This document shows positions 40,139 through 50,566 of a DNA stretch of 64,000 bases, in pieces. The stretch is from Prochlorococcus sp. AG-679-M23 (GTDB lineage: Bacteria; Cyanobacteriota; Cyanobacteriia; PCC-6307; Cyanobiaceae): positions 32,001 to 96,000 of the forward strand of contig QCUR01000006.1 in NCBI GenBank assembly GCA_003208875.1. Reading direction: 5' to 3'. The notes beneath the pieces were generated by a model. That model had not been told where the DNA came from. It ran no database searches and was given only the letters and a program-made list of their open reading frames with translations. How positions within the stretch are numbered: the first letter of the stretch is position 1; every line of letters starts with the position of its first letter. The translations under genes and the position numbers were made by a program.

Positions 40139-42172
40139 TTAGATTATATTATTTTTTGTTCCAAATACTTCTTCTGAAATAATTAACACAGAGCTCCTAT
40201 CATCTACTTTTATAAAAGTATCAGTAATGGGGATAGGCTTAGTAGTTTGAGAATGATTAGTATCAATAATTTTGAGCCATTTACTTTTAGATTTTGGTAA
40301 ATAAAAATCAATGCTTTTTGTATATGCATTTAAGCCAGCCCAAATTAAAGGATTATTTTCACCTTTATTTATGCTTAATGCAACTGTATGTGACCAACTA
40401 CTCCAATCTGGAGTTTCTAACTTTGGACCATGCCAATAATAATTGGCTAAATTCTCAATTTCTTTTTTATTTGTTGAAGAAATAGGATTAAAAAAATTAA
40501 TAAATTTTTTTCTTATTTTTATTAAATACTTTAGATAATTTAATAGTTCTAAATCTTGTTGATTTTCATCCCAATTCATCCAACCTAAAGAATTGTTTTG
40601 GCACCAAGAATTATTATTACCGCCTTGAGATCTTCCGATTTCATCACCCATTAGCAACATAGGGACTCCTCTTGAAATGAATAAACTTAACAGTAAATTT
40701 TTTTGTTGCCGCTTTCTTAATTTTTTAATAGATAAGTCTGATGTAGGTCCTTCCACTCCATGATTCCATGAATTGTTATGGTTATCTCCATCTCTATTTT
40801 GCTCTTTATTTGCGAAATTATGTTTTTTGTTAAAGGTAACTAAATCCTTTAGTGTAAATCCATCGTGTGAAGTTATGAAATTTATAGACTTTGGTAAGAA
40901 ATTATTTTCTTTGTAATGTGATGGACTACCTTTGATTTTGTCACTCATATTCCAAGCGGTATCTTTATCCCCTTTCCAAAATCTTCTTAAGTCATCTCTG
41001 AAATGCCCATTCCATGTAAACGTTTTCTTAGACGGGAAATCATTTAATTTATATAATCCTCCACAATCCCAAGGCTCACTAATAAATTTGATATCGGCAA
41101 GTTCAGGATCACATTCAATATCTTCAAAAATTGGTGGATTATCAAGAGGGGTGAGATCTTCACCTCTTGACAAGGCAATACCTAAATCAAATCTAAAACC
41201 ATCAACGCCTAATTCATTTACCCAACATTTTAATGACTCTAATATTAATTTTCTAACTAACCCTCTATTTGCTGCTATTGTATTCCCACATCCAGAGACA
41301 TCCTGATAATTTTTATCTTTGTCGATGAAATAATAAAGATTTTCATCTATCCCTTTCCAAGATATAGCAGGTCCTTGATAATCTCCTTCAGAGGTATGGT
41401 TATAAACTACATCTAAAATGACTTCAATGTTTGCTTTATGGCATTCTTCCACAAATTTTCTAAATTCCTCTCTATTTTCCTTGGCAGTATTATTAGAAAG
41501 ATATTGAAAATGTGGAGTAAACCAGTTAATAGGACTATATCCCCAGAAATTTTCTAATCCATTAGGAGCATCATTTGGGTCAAAACAAAATACCGGAAGT
41601 AATTCAATACTTGTTATGCCAAGTTTTTTAAGATATGGAATTTTTTTTAAAAATTTTTTAAAACAACTTTCTTCTTCATTAAAGTATTGAGTAAATGCTT
41701 TGATATGCAACTCATAAATAATAGTTTCTTTCCATGAGTGTTTAGGTCTAGGGAAATCTTTAAAATTAAAAGATTTCCTATCACAAACAACACTTTTAAG
41801 ACAACAATCCATGTTATCTATATTGTTGAGTGCATTTTTTCTTTTGTAATTACTCCATCCAGTAATGCCTCTTGAGCAAGGATCTATGAGAACAGTTTTA
41901 GAATAATTTTTATTTGGTCCATTATCATTCTGTTTTACTCTAAAGGCATAGATTGAACCCTCTTTGAGATTATTTATTTCAGCATGCCAATAAGAACCAG
42001 TCTTATGACTATGATCTAACTTAAAGATTGTATTTGGAGCAACTGAATCTTCTTTCTCAAATAATAAAATTTCTATATATTCCGCATTTGAAGCGATTAA
42101 AGAGAAATTGACACCTTCTGAAGTTATTGAACTACCCAGAGGCAATGGTTTTCCTACCTTTATATCATTCAC
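40139..42172 (-). CDS. glgX: Glycogen debranching enzyme / isoamylase (GH13)
   Basis: NFWGYSP, LDVVYNHT, DGFRFDL, SEPWD and INFITSHDGFTL motifs. Confidence 0.95.
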   Translation of the reverse strand: MNDIKVGKPLPLGSSITSEGVNFSLIASNAEYIEILLFEKEDSVAPNTIFKLDHSHKTGSYWHAEINNLKEGSIYAFRVKQNDNGPNKNYSKTVLIDPCSRGITGWSNYKRKNALNNIDNMDCCLKSVVCDRKSFNFKDFPRPKHSWKETIIYELHIKAFTQYFNEEESCFKKFLKKIPYLKKLGITSIELLPVFCFDPNDAPNGLENFWGYSPINWFTPHFQYLSNNTAKENREEFRKFVEECHKANIEVILDVVYNHTSEGDYQGPAISWKGIDENLYYFIDKDKNYQDVSGCGNTIAANRGLVRKLILESLKCWVNELGVDGFRFDLGIALSRGEDLTPLDNPPIFEDIECDPELADIKFISEPWDCGGLYKLNDFPSKKTFTWNGHFRDDLRRFWKGDKDTAWNMSDKIKGSPSHYKENNFLPKSINFITSHDGFTLKDLVTFNKKHNFANKEQNRDGDNHNNSWNHGVEGPTSDLSIKKLRKRQQKNLLLSLFISRGVPMLLMGDEIGRSQGGNNNSWCQNNSLGWMNWDENQQDLELLNYLKYLIKIRKKFINFFNPISSTNKKEIENLANYYWHGPKLETPDWSSWSHTVALSINKGENNPLIWAGLNAYTKSIDFYLPKSKSKWLKIIDTNHSQTTKPIPITDTFIKVDDRSSVLIISEEVFGTKNNII

Positions 42173-42703
42173 TGTTTCTTTATTTCTTTAATTTTTTTTA
42201 TAAATGAACTAATTTAAGTAAATAATTCACTTTCAGAATCATAAGTGCAAAATTAAAAAAAAAGAATCAAATTTGATGTTTCACTCATCAATATTCTTAA
42301 ATTTAAAAAATTTAATATTACTAATTTAATGTCCTTTTTTTTGTTTTATATTTATAGACAAAAAGTTCAAAACCTCGTTTCAAACCTAATACGCTACTGA
42401 ACTTTTTTACTTTTAAAATGGAAAAAATATTCTCTTCATGTGCTGAGAAGAAAATATATCTGAAATTTAATAAAAAATAATAAATATTTGAAATTCTTAA
42501 ATTGATTACTTTTAAATATAAATTTTTTTATAATTAGAAAATAAACTTTTCTAAAGAAAACTAGTTACTGCAAGAGTTTTGCCCCTTCATTTTGGCTAAA
42601 GTAAATCTAAGTGCTTATAAAAATCTAAGATATAACAATATTGTTGAATAGCTAAAAATGTCATTAAATTTTGTATAAAGCTTTGCGCCGCCGGCATTTT
42701 TGG

Positions 42704-42732
42704 TTGCCGTATTTGTATTTGCTCCATATGAT
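42704..42732 (+). promoter_or_regulatory. Sigma70-type promoter of the HU gene
   Basis: TTGCCG (42704-09), 17-bp spacer, TATGAT (42727-32). Confidence 0.5.
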
Positions 42733-42804
42733 ATGCAAGTTCGAGGTAATTAGACTTGATTTTAAAACTCTTGTCTTTCAAATCTCTGCTATACAAACAA
42801 TTCA

Positions 42805-43080
42805 ATGAACAAAGCTGATTTAGTAAATCTTGTAGCTGCTCGTACTGAGCTTACAAAAACAGATGTATCTTTAGTTGTTGATGCAGCTATTGAAACTATT
42901 GTTGATTCAGTAGTGGAAGGCAAAAAAGTCTCCATACTGGGATTTGGTTCTTTTGAACCAAGGGACCGTTCTGCTAGACAGGGCTTAAATCCTAAAACTG
43001 GGGAAAAAATTGCTATTCCCGCGAAAAGAGTTCCTACATTCTCAGCAGGAAAACTATTTAAGGATAGAGTACAGGGCTAA
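42805..43080 (+). CDS. hup: Histone-like DNA-binding protein HU
   Basis: MNKADL, GFGSF and ARQGLNPKTGE motifs. Confidence 0.96.
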   Translation: MNKADLVNLVAARTELTKTDVSLVVDAAIETIVDSVVEGKKVSILGFGSFEPRDRSARQGLNPKTGEKIAIPAKRVPTFSAGKLFKDRVQG

Positions 43081-43110
43081 CATTCTAATAGCTTAATTTG
43101 TCCTTAATTT

Positions 43111-43137
43111 AGGTGCTCTTTTTGAGCACCTTTTTTT
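43111..43137 (+). terminator. Rho-independent terminator after HU
   Basis: AGGTGCTC-TTTTT-GAGCACCT hairpin followed by a T run. Confidence 0.85.
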
Positions 43138-43208
43138 ATAAAGAAAAAATGGTTGATAATTTTTTTATACTATTTTTAACATGATTTTATTAGGAGGGTT
43201 TTTACTTT

Positions 43209-43538
43209 TTGACTCTTTTTAGTTATAAGAAATTCATATGTTTCTCACTACCTGTATTAGTTTTATTCTTAAATCCTATTTTTGCCGAACAATTATTAAC
43301 TAAATCGGAAATTTCAAGAAAAGCAAATAAATGCTTTAAAGATTTGCAATATAAAGTATGTAGTAACTTATTATTGGAAATTGAGAAAATACAGTTAGTT
43401 GAGTCTGAACAAAAAAAATATAAATGTCAGGCAAGTATTCTTGGGTTGCAGACAGAACTTATTGAAGCTTATTACTTTAGAAAGTTAAAGAAAAATAAAA
43501 ATGGAATGATGCTTCCATATGTGAATAAAAATTGTTAA
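43209..43538 (+). CDS. Small exported hypothetical protein (Cys-containing)
   Basis: Signal peptide ending PIFA and four Cys in the mature part. Confidence 0.65.
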   Translation: MTLFSYKKFICFSLPVLVLFLNPIFAEQLLTKSEISRKANKCFKDLQYKVCSNLLLEIEKIQLVESEQKKYKCQASILGLQTELIEAYYFRKLKKNKNGMMLPYVNKNC

Positions 43539-43592
43539 TTCTTGAGAAAAATTTTAAATTTAGAATAATATTAACTTGTTATAAGGGTTTTA

Positions 43593-43838
43593 ATGGTAAA
43601 AGGTTTTTCTGAAAGTGAAGTTAAAAATGATAAACCTATTAAGGATTTGGGAAAAGAGAAAAAAGGTTTAGCTTCTTTTCTTAAAGGAAAAAAATTTACT
43701 TATACCTTACCAGGTAAAAAGCAGATTAATATATTTGGTTCAGTTGTATTAGTTTTAAATATAATTTTAGTACTTTTGGTTATTTTGTATTTTAATAATC
43801 AAGGCTTTCATGATTTTATCTTTAATGTTGGTCGATAA
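43593..43838 (+). CDS. Small hypothetical membrane protein
   Basis: Basic N-terminus and one C-terminal TM helix. Confidence 0.7.
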   Translation: MVKGFSESEVKNDKPIKDLGKEKKGLASFLKGKKFTYTLPGKKQINIFGSVVLVLNIILVLLVILYFNNQGFHDFIFNVGR

Positions 43839-43897
43839 CTTAATTTTTTATCGAAAGAATTTTAGAAGTGATATATTTAAATTTTCATAGGAAATAC

Positions 43898-44155
43898 ATG
43901 AAGATAGTTAGCTTATTTTTTCAAGTGGTTATATCAGTTGTACTTATTGGATTTTCAGTATACTTTTTAAGTGGTTATGACTCTGCTTTCGAGGCGGATC
44001 AGTCATGTCACTCATATCTTTCAAATTTGTCTGACCCATCAAATAGCTTAGGCTGTGATCATGATACTGAAACTCATCAATGGATACTATATGAGACTCA
44101 GGATAATTTAGAACCAGCAAAAATTATCAAAAAATATAGATATAAGTTTTTATAG
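43898..44155 (+). CDS. Small membrane-anchored hypothetical protein
   Basis: N-terminal TM helix, then SGYDSAFEADQSCH...GCDHDTETHQWILY. Confidence 0.7.
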   Translation: MKIVSLFFQVVISVVLIGFSVYFLSGYDSAFEADQSCHSYLSNLSDPSNSLGCDHDTETHQWILYETQDNLEPAKIIKKYRYKFL

Positions 44156-44368
44156 TTTAATTTTTTTATAAAAGAATTTGGCACTTATAATTGAAATGAT
44201 TGCTGTAATTGTAAAAGTAAGATATTGATATATGCTTCCCTCTTGATAGATATTATTTTTATAAAGAGGAAAATCTATAAATGAACCAAATGTTCCCCAA
44301 ATTATTACCCAAGCTGAAATATATAGAGAAATTTTTAATGGATTAGATTTTTTTTCTTCCATTTTCAA
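44150..44368 (-). CDS. Small hypothetical membrane protein
   Basis: Two TM helices. Start overlaps the hli stop. Confidence 0.65.
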   Translation of the reverse strand: MKMEEKKSNPLKISLYISAWVIIWGTFGSFIDFPLYKNNIYQEGSIYQYLTFTITAIISIISAKFFYKKIKL

Positions 44369-44631
44369 TTTATACCAAAGATTGAGGAAGTAACAGGTCT
44401 TCCTTTAAAAACTAATTCGGTTAATAAGAGCATTAAAAAACCGATCATAGCTGCTCTGCCATTAACAAGTTCAGCACTACTATTAAATCCAAAAACATCT
44501 TTTACTTCATCACCTTGATTATCAACCCACTTTGAATATTCACTATCAGAAGATGTATTATTTGTATCTTCATTTAGATTTTCAATAGGACTATTATCCG
44601 AATTTTCTAATGGAGGATTTTCTTCTTTCAT
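44365..44631 (-). CDS. hli: High-light inducible protein (HLIP)
   Basis: FGFNSSAELVNGRAAMIGF chlorophyll-binding motif. Confidence 0.93.
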   Translation of the reverse strand: MKEENPPLENSDNSPIENLNEDTNNTSSDSEYSKWVDNQGDEVKDVFGFNSSAELVNGRAAMIGFLMLLLTELVFKGRPVTSSIFGIN

Positions 44632-44688
44632 GAAAAATGTCTTTTTAATAATAATAGTGACTTAAAACAAATTTCATTGAATTCGATT

Positions 44689-45699
44689 TCAAATATTAAA
44701 AAAAATTATGGTAAAAGTAATTATCCATAGTATTTGAAGTCTTAAAATTAATTGACAAATAATATTTATTTTTTCTTTCGAGCAAATATCACCATTTGAA
44801 TTAATAATTGGCTTTTCAATAATTTCATCATTGTATTTGTTCTCACCGCCTAATTTGATATTGGAAATATATGCAAAAATAGCCTCTGAAATACCAGAAT
44901 TAGGAGAATCATATTTAATTCCATCAGAGTAACTTTTTTTAATGATAGAAATATATTTTTTAATTTTAGAACTGACCAAAGGTAATGTTAATAAAACTAA
45001 TCTACTTGGAAGGAAAGTTGAACAATCTTCAATTTTTGCACTAAAAAAACCTAGATATTTGTACTGGTCATATTTATAGCCGATCATTGAATCCAAAGTA
45101 CTTATTGCTTTATATGAAAAGCCAAGTGATAAAGGACCTGGAAGAAAAATCGAAAATTTGATAAAAACTGTTCCAATAAATATCCAAAAAAGGGGACCAA
45201 AAATCCCATCAACTGAATTTTCTGTAAGACTTTCAATACTTGATCTCAAAAGATGCTCTAACGAAGCTGTACTCACATCTCTACTTACAATTCTTTGAAC
45301 TTTTTCTTTAACTATTTGTTCAGTTTTTTGATCAATTTTGTCGTTTATAAGATTTGAAATTTCTTTTACGCTCGAGATTAGACTTTTTGAAGCTAAACAA
45401 CTCGATAAGCCTAAGAAGATTAATATTCCAAAAATAAGATTGCTTTTAGATTGAATGAAAATTAATTCAATAACCTTACCTATCACAAAGCTTGTCGCGA
45501 TAGTGGATAGTGCAATAAATAATCCGCCCCAAAATAATACCCACTTATTTTTCTTGAAATAATGGATAAAAAAATTAGTTATTTGTTTTATGTAAATCCC
45601 AATTATTTGTACAGGATGGATGATAAACCTTGGATCACCAATTAAAAGATCAAACCCAATCGAGCCAATAAATATATAATATAAATTTATTTCAGCCAA
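44689..45699 (-). CDS. cbiB: Adenosylcobinamide-phosphate synthase CbiB/CobD
   Basis: GDP...[21 protein letters not shown] and SPNSG motifs. Confidence 0.93.
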   Translation of the reverse strand: MAEINLYYIFIGSIGFDLLIGDPRFIIHPVQIIGIYIKQITNFFIHYFKKNKWVLFWGGLFIALSTIATSFVIGKVIELIFIQSKSNLIFGILIFLGLSSCLASKSLISSVKEISNLINDKIDQKTEQIVKEKVQRIVSRDVSTASLEHLLRSSIESLTENSVDGIFGPLFWIFIGTVFIKFSIFLPGPLSLGFSYKAISTLDSMIGYKYDQYKYLGFFSAKIEDCSTFLPSRLVLLTLPLVSSKIKKYISIIKKSYSDGIKYDSPNSGISEAIFAYISNIKLGGENKYNDEIIEKPIINSNGDICSKEKINIICQLILRLQILWIITFTIIFFNI

Positions 45700-46676
45700 C
45701 TGAACATAGCACGAAGACCTTTCCCAACTTTTTCTATCTCGTGTTTAGAATTTTCTTCTCTCAATTTTGTCATTAAGGGTTTGTTATTATCACATTCATC
45801 TACAAAATTCTTAGCGAAAGTACCATCTTGAATATCTTTTAAAATTTTTTGCATTTCTCTCTTTGTATCATTATTTATAAGTCTTTTCCCACTTACATAA
45901 TCACCATATTCTGCAGTATTTGAAATTGAATCTCTCATTTGAGATAATCCTCCCTTGACCATAAGATCGACAATTAACTTTACTTCGTGTAAACACTCAA
46001 AATATGCTAATTCGGGTTGATATCCTGCCTCAACGAGAGTTTCAAATCCTGATTTAACTAGTTCTGATAAACCACCACATAGAACTGCCTGTTCTCCAAA
46101 AAGATCTGTTTCAGTTTCTTCTTTGAAATTTGTTTCAAGAATTCCAGCTCTTGTACCTCCAATACCCTTGGCATAAGACATAGCTAATGATCTCGCATTG
46201 CCTGAATAGTCCTGTTCAACTGCAAATAGAGCAGGAACTCCTTGGCCATTCTGATATTCCCAACGAACAGTATGTCCAGGCCCTTTTGGTGCAATCATTA
46301 CAACGTCGACAAAACTAGGTGGCTTAATGAGTTCGAATCTTATATTGAATCCATGAGCAAAACTTAATATTTTACCTTCTTTTAAATTTGGTTCTATCTC
46401 TTTGATATAAACCTCTTTTTGGAACTCATCTGGAAGCAGAATCATAATCCAATCTGCTTTTTCACAAGCCTCAGAAACAGTAAATACTTTTAATCCATCA
46501 TTAATAGCTTTGCTTTCAGAATTACTACCTTTGTATAACCCTACTATTACATCCATTCCACTGTCTTTAAGATTTAAAGCGTGTGCATGGCCTTGTGAAC
46601 CGTAGCCTATTATTGCGATAGTTTTATTTTTTAATAGACTTAGGTCAGCATCTATGTCATAAAAGAGTTGTGTCAT
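45687..46676 (-). CDS. ilvC: Ketol-acid reductoisomerase
   Basis: [18 protein letters not shown] and ETDLFGEQ motifs. Confidence 0.98.
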   Translation of the reverse strand: MTQLFYDIDADLSLLKNKTIAIIGYGSQGHAHALNLKDSGMDVIVGLYKGSNSESKAINDGLKVFTVSEACEKADWIMILLPDEFQKEVYIKEIEPNLKEGKILSFAHGFNIRFELIKPPSFVDVVMIAPKGPGHTVRWEYQNGQGVPALFAVEQDYSGNARSLAMSYAKGIGGTRAGILETNFKEETETDLFGEQAVLCGGLSELVKSGFETLVEAGYQPELAYFECLHEVKLIVDLMVKGGLSQMRDSISNTAEYGDYVSGKRLINNDTKREMQKILKDIQDGTFAKNFVDECDNNKPLMTKLREENSKHEIEKVGKGLRAMFSWLK

Positions 46677-46792
46677 TAGTTGTAACTTCTAAACTTTTGA
46701 TAGTTAATATTTTAGACATTAAAGGTGTAAATAAACCATATAATTGCTCATTTAAAAATTAATATTTAAATATTAATTTTAGAAAATAAGAG

Positions 46793-47398
46793 CTAGCTGG
46801 CCTCGCTTGGATGTGAAATTACTCTATCAATTAGCCCATAGTTTTTAGCTTCTTCAGCACTTAAAAAATAATCTCTGTCAGTATCTTTCTCTATTTTTTC
46901 AAAGGATTGTCCTGTCATATCAGACATAGAGTGATTCAACATATCTTTAATTCTCAGTATTTCTTTAGCTTCTATTTCAATATCGCTAGCCTGACGTTGT
47001 GAAGTCCCTCCCAGTGGTTGATGAATCATAATTCGACTATGAGGAAGAGCAACCCTTTTACCTTTAGTACCAGCACCTAGTAAAAATGCTCCCATTGAGG
47101 CTGCAAGACCTACGCATATAGTGACAACATCGCTTTTTACATATTTGATAGTGTCATATATTGCTAAACCCGCAGTGACTGATCCGCCAGGACTATTTAT
47201 GTAAAGATAAATAGGTTTTGTATTATCATCAGAATCAAGGTAGAGCATTTGAGCTACTAAGCTGTTCGCAATTCCATCATTAACTTCTTGCCCGAGAAAT
47301 AAAATCCTCTCAACCCCCAATCTTGTATAAATGTCTACCCATCTTTCGTATTGACTACCTGGGAGTCTATAAGGGACGCTTGGAGTTCCTATTGGCAT
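46793..47398 (-). CDS. clpP: Clp protease proteolytic subunit (ClpP3 type)
   Basis: YINSPGG motif, catalytic Ser in AASMG and His in MIHQP. Confidence 0.96.
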   Translation of the reverse strand: MPIGTPSVPYRLPGSQYERWVDIYTRLGVERILFLGQEVNDGIANSLVAQMLYLDSDDNTKPIYLYINSPGGSVTAGLAIYDTIKYVKSDVVTICVGLAASMGAFLLGAGTKGKRVALPHSRIMIHQPLGGTSQRQASDIEIEAKEILRIKDMLNHSMSDMTGQSFEKIEKDTDRDYFLSAEEAKNYGLIDRVISHPSEAS

Positions 47399-47431
47399 AA
47401 TTTTAAAAAAGTAGTGAGTTAAAAGTAAGGA

Positions 47432-48094
47432 TTAAATGTTATTTGGCAAATCTTTTTGACTTGTGAGTATTCTATCTATCACTCCATAATCTAGAGCTTC
47501 TTGAGGGTTAAGATAACTCATCCTGTCAGAGTCTTTCGAGAGCTCTTCAATACTTTTACCAGTATTGCGTGATAGGATCTCCAGCATTGATTTTTTATTT
47601 TTTAATACCTCTTCTGCTCTTATTTGGATATCAGTTGCTTGCCCTCTAGCACCACTAATTGGTTGATGAAGAACAATGGAAGCATGTGGGAGAGCTGCTC
47701 TATGCCCTTTAGTCCCTGAAGACAAGATAACTGCCGCTGTTCCCATTGCTTGTCCAATACAAATTGTATGTATAGGAGGTTTAATGTAGTTGATGGTATC
47801 ACAAATAGCAAAAGCTTCTGTCTCAAAACCAACCGCATCTCCGGTATACCAGCTAGTGCCTGTTGAATTTATATAAAAATATATAGGTTTGTCTGGATCA
47901 TCAAATTCTAAATAAAGGAGTTGAGCAATAATTAGCTCGGTAACATCCATTCCTAATTGTCTTTTAGCGTCATCGTCTGAAAATAACGGCAATCCTAGGT
48001 ATACAATTCTCTCTTTTAGCAGAAGAGAAGGTAAATCTGGTGGAGGAGTCCTCATAGCGGTATTTTCACCGTAATAAGGAGCAGATACAGTCAT
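47432..48094 (-). CDS. clpR: Non-catalytic Clp protease subunit ClpR
   Basis: PPPDLPSLLL N-terminus. Catalytic Ser is absent (GQAMGTA). Immediately upstream of clpP. Confidence 0.88.
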   Translation of the reverse strand: MTVSAPYYGENTAMRTPPPDLPSLLLKERIVYLGLPLFSDDDAKRQLGMDVTELIIAQLLYLEFDDPDKPIYFYINSTGTSWYTGDAVGFETEAFAICDTINYIKPPIHTICIGQAMGTAAVILSSGTKGHRAALPHASIVLHQPISGARGQATDIQIRAEEVLKNKKSMLEILSRNTGKSIEELSKDSDRMSYLNPQEALDYGVIDRILTSQKDLPNNI

Positions 48095-48134
48095 ATGTTC
48101 TACAAAATAAATTCTAGTTTGATTCTAGCTATAT

Positions 48135-49244
48135 TTATCCCTGTGTCGCTGGAGATTTAAAAGATTTGTTTGACTCCGGATTATTTATCAATTTCCCAAA
48201 TACCATTCTTCCAGTTGGCGTTTGCAATGCACCAGTGATAACTACGTCTAGTCTTTCTCCAACAAATTTCTTTGCATCATCAATTACGACCATTGTTCCA
48301 TCATCTAAATATCCAATTCCTTGCAATTTTTCTTTACCCTCTCTGACTATTTTTATATTAAGTGATTCTCCAGGCTGTACTTCTGGCCTTAAAGCTATAA
48401 CTAAATCGCTCAAATTCATAACTTTTAATTCTTTTACCTCTGCAATTTGAGAAAGGTTATAATCTGCCGTAATTAAAGTACCTGCCATATCCTCCGTAAT
48501 TCTTAGAAGTTTTTCATCTACACCATTCCCCTCATATTTAGTTGGGTTTATTACAAGTCTTCTTCCATATAGTTCTCTCAGCTCTTTTAATAATTTAAGA
48601 CCTCTTCTTCCTTTTCCTCTTTTTTCGTTACTACTAGAGTCAGCTAAAGTTTGTAGCTCATCAATTACACTTTGGGCCACAATTAATTGCCCCTCAAGTA
48701 ATCCACAGCTTAATAAACCATTTATCCTTCCATCAATTATTACACTAGTATCAAGAATTTTTGGGCTTGCTGCTGGAATTATTCCTTCGTTTACCAAATA
48801 AGCGTCGGTATTAGTAGGATTAAAAAGTCTTAACAATGTCCTGCCGTGAGTATCAGCTAATTTATAACCAAGTGCCCCAAAGAAAAAATTACTAAGAATG
48901 GCTGCTAAAGGTTTTGCAAAAAATACTTCCCTTGGAAATGGAATCAACAATATTGGAGCAAGTAGTAGATTTGCAACAAGTAATCCCAAAATTAACCCTA
49001 CCGCTCTACTTATTAATAAATCCGTAGGCATTGTACGTATTTGATCAAGGAATGTCTTTCTAAGCTGTAAAAATACAAAACCTGCTGCTAATCCAATAAA
49101 AAATCCTATTATCGCTAGTACAATTCTAAAACCTTCTACATTAGAGACTTGTTTAAGTATGTCTATTGGTAGAAGATCAACCCCAAGCCATCCTGATGCT
49201 GCTCCAGACAATACAAATAAAATTAGTACTAAGATATCTGTCAT
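48135..49244 (-). CDS. Membrane PIN/TRAM domain protein (YacL/Ycf81-like)
   Basis: N-terminal TM helices, PIN motif ILDTSVIIDGR and TRAM motif GKEKLQGIGYLDDGTMVV. Confidence 0.9.
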   Translation of the reverse strand: MTDILVLILFVLSGAASGWLGVDLLPIDILKQVSNVEGFRIVLAIIGFFIGLAAGFVFLQLRKTFLDQIRTMPTDLLISRAVGLILGLLVANLLLAPILLIPFPREVFFAKPLAAILSNFFFGALGYKLADTHGRTLLRLFNPTNTDAYLVNEGIIPAASPKILDTSVIIDGRINGLLSCGLLEGQLIVAQSVIDELQTLADSSSNEKRGKGRRGLKLLKELRELYGRRLVINPTKYEGNGVDEKLLRITEDMAGTLITADYNLSQIAEVKELKVMNLSDLVIALRPEVQPGESLNIKIVREGKEKLQGIGYLDDGTMVVIDDAKKFVGERLDVVITGALQTPTGRMVFGKLINNPESNKSFKSPATQG

Positions 49245-49339
49245 ATATATAATCTACTAGGATTTATTAATTGAGTAAATAAAGATTTTATTTTAAAAAC
49301 TCCTTTATGTTTTTTTTTTAAGCTTTATATTTTGTTTCT

Positions 49340-50566
49340 ATGATGAATAAATTGCCAAGAAGTGCTTACGTACACATACCTTTTTGCCACAGAAGATGTT
49401 TCTATTGTGATTTTGCAGTTATACCTTTAGGCAATAAAATCGAAAGTTTAGAGGGATTTGGGAGTAAAACCGTAAAAGAATATTTAACCTATTTAAAAAA
49501 AGAAATATTATCAATCAAACATAAATCTCCTCTTTCAACAATTTATATCGGTGGTGGAACTCCTTCAATTTTACATCCCTTACAGATTAAAGATTTAATA
49601 AATCTTTTTAAGGAGAGTTATAAAATTGATTATGGTGCCGAAATTACAATGGAAGTTGACCCAGCCAGTTTTAATGAGGATGATCTATATGGGTTTATAA
49701 AGGCTGGGATTAATAGATTTAGTCTTGGTGTTCAAAGTTTTAATAATAAGGTTCTAGTACAGGCAGGCAGAAGACATTGCAGTAAAGATGTAGAAAATTC
49801 TTGTTTTTGGTTAAAGAGCGCATATGATCATGGTCTTATAAAAAGTTGGAGTTTGGATTTAATTCAAAATTTACCAAGAAGTGGGTTTAAAAAATGGCAA
49901 GAAGACTTAAAACAATCATTAAAGTTCTGTCCTCCACACATATCAATTTATGATTTAAGTATTGAGAATGGCACTGTTTTTAAGAAATTAGTTGACTTAG
50001 GTAAACTATCTTTACCAAATGATGATGAAGCTTATAAAAATAGTGAGTTAACAAATTTTATCTTGAAAGCTTCAGGTTATTCAAGATATGAAATTTCTAA
50101 TTACTCTATTCCTGGACATCAATCAAGACATAATAGAGTTTATTGGAAAGGTTTAGGATGGTGGAGTTTTGGTCAAGGGTCGACTAGTTCTCCTTGGGGG
50201 GATAATTTTACAAGGCCAAGAATTAGTAAAGATTATAAAAAATGGGTAACTAAGCAATGCGAAATCAAATTAGAATATTCACTCATTAATCAAAAAAATA
50301 TTTATAAAGAATTGGATGAGAAAATAATGTTAGGAATGAGACTTAAAGAGGGCATTAATATTTATAACTTATTAAATGAACAAAATTGGGATAATAAAAA
50401 GTCCAAAATAGCTTTAACAAAGTTATTAAAAGCATGGGCCCCCTTCCTAGAGAGTGGCCTTTTGATTAAAAGAGGAAATAGATTTTTTTTAAGTGATCCA
50501 AAAGGAATGGAATTAAGCAATCAAATTCTTGTTTCAATGTTTAGGTGGTGGGAAAAATTTAATTGA
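49340..50566 (+). CDS. hemW: Radical SAM heme chaperone HemW (HemN-like)
   Basis: YVHIPFCHRRCFYCDF, GGGTPS, YEISNY and HNRVYW motifs. Confidence 0.88.
   Translation: MMNKLPRSAYVHIPFCHRRCFYCDFAVIPLGNKIESLEGFGSKTVKEYLTYLKKEILSIKHKSPLSTIYIGGGTPSILHPLQIKDLINLFKESYKIDYGAEITMEVDPASFNEDDLYGFIKAGINRFSLGVQSFNNKVLVQAGRRHCSKDVENSCFWLKSAYDHGLIKSWSLDLIQNLPRSGFKKWQEDLKQSLKFCPPHISIYDLSIENGTVFKKLVDLGKLSLPNDDEAYKNSELTNFILKASGYSRYEISNYSIPGHQSRHNRVYWKGLGWWSFGQGSTSSPWGDNFTRPRISKDYKKWVTKQCEIKLEYSLINQKNIYKELDEKIMLGMRLKEGINIYNLLNEQNWDNKKSKIALTKLLKAWAPFLESGLLIKRGNRFFLSDPKGMELSNQILVSMFRWWEKFN

Noticed and set aside
42596..42805. 69-aa minus-strand ORF upstream of HU
   Set aside because: It is antisense to the HU promoter and 5' UTR, with no motif support.
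47432..48094. Second clpP as a degenerate pseudogene
   Set aside because: Loss of the catalytic Ser is the normal hallmark of cyanobacterial ClpR, and the ORF is intact.
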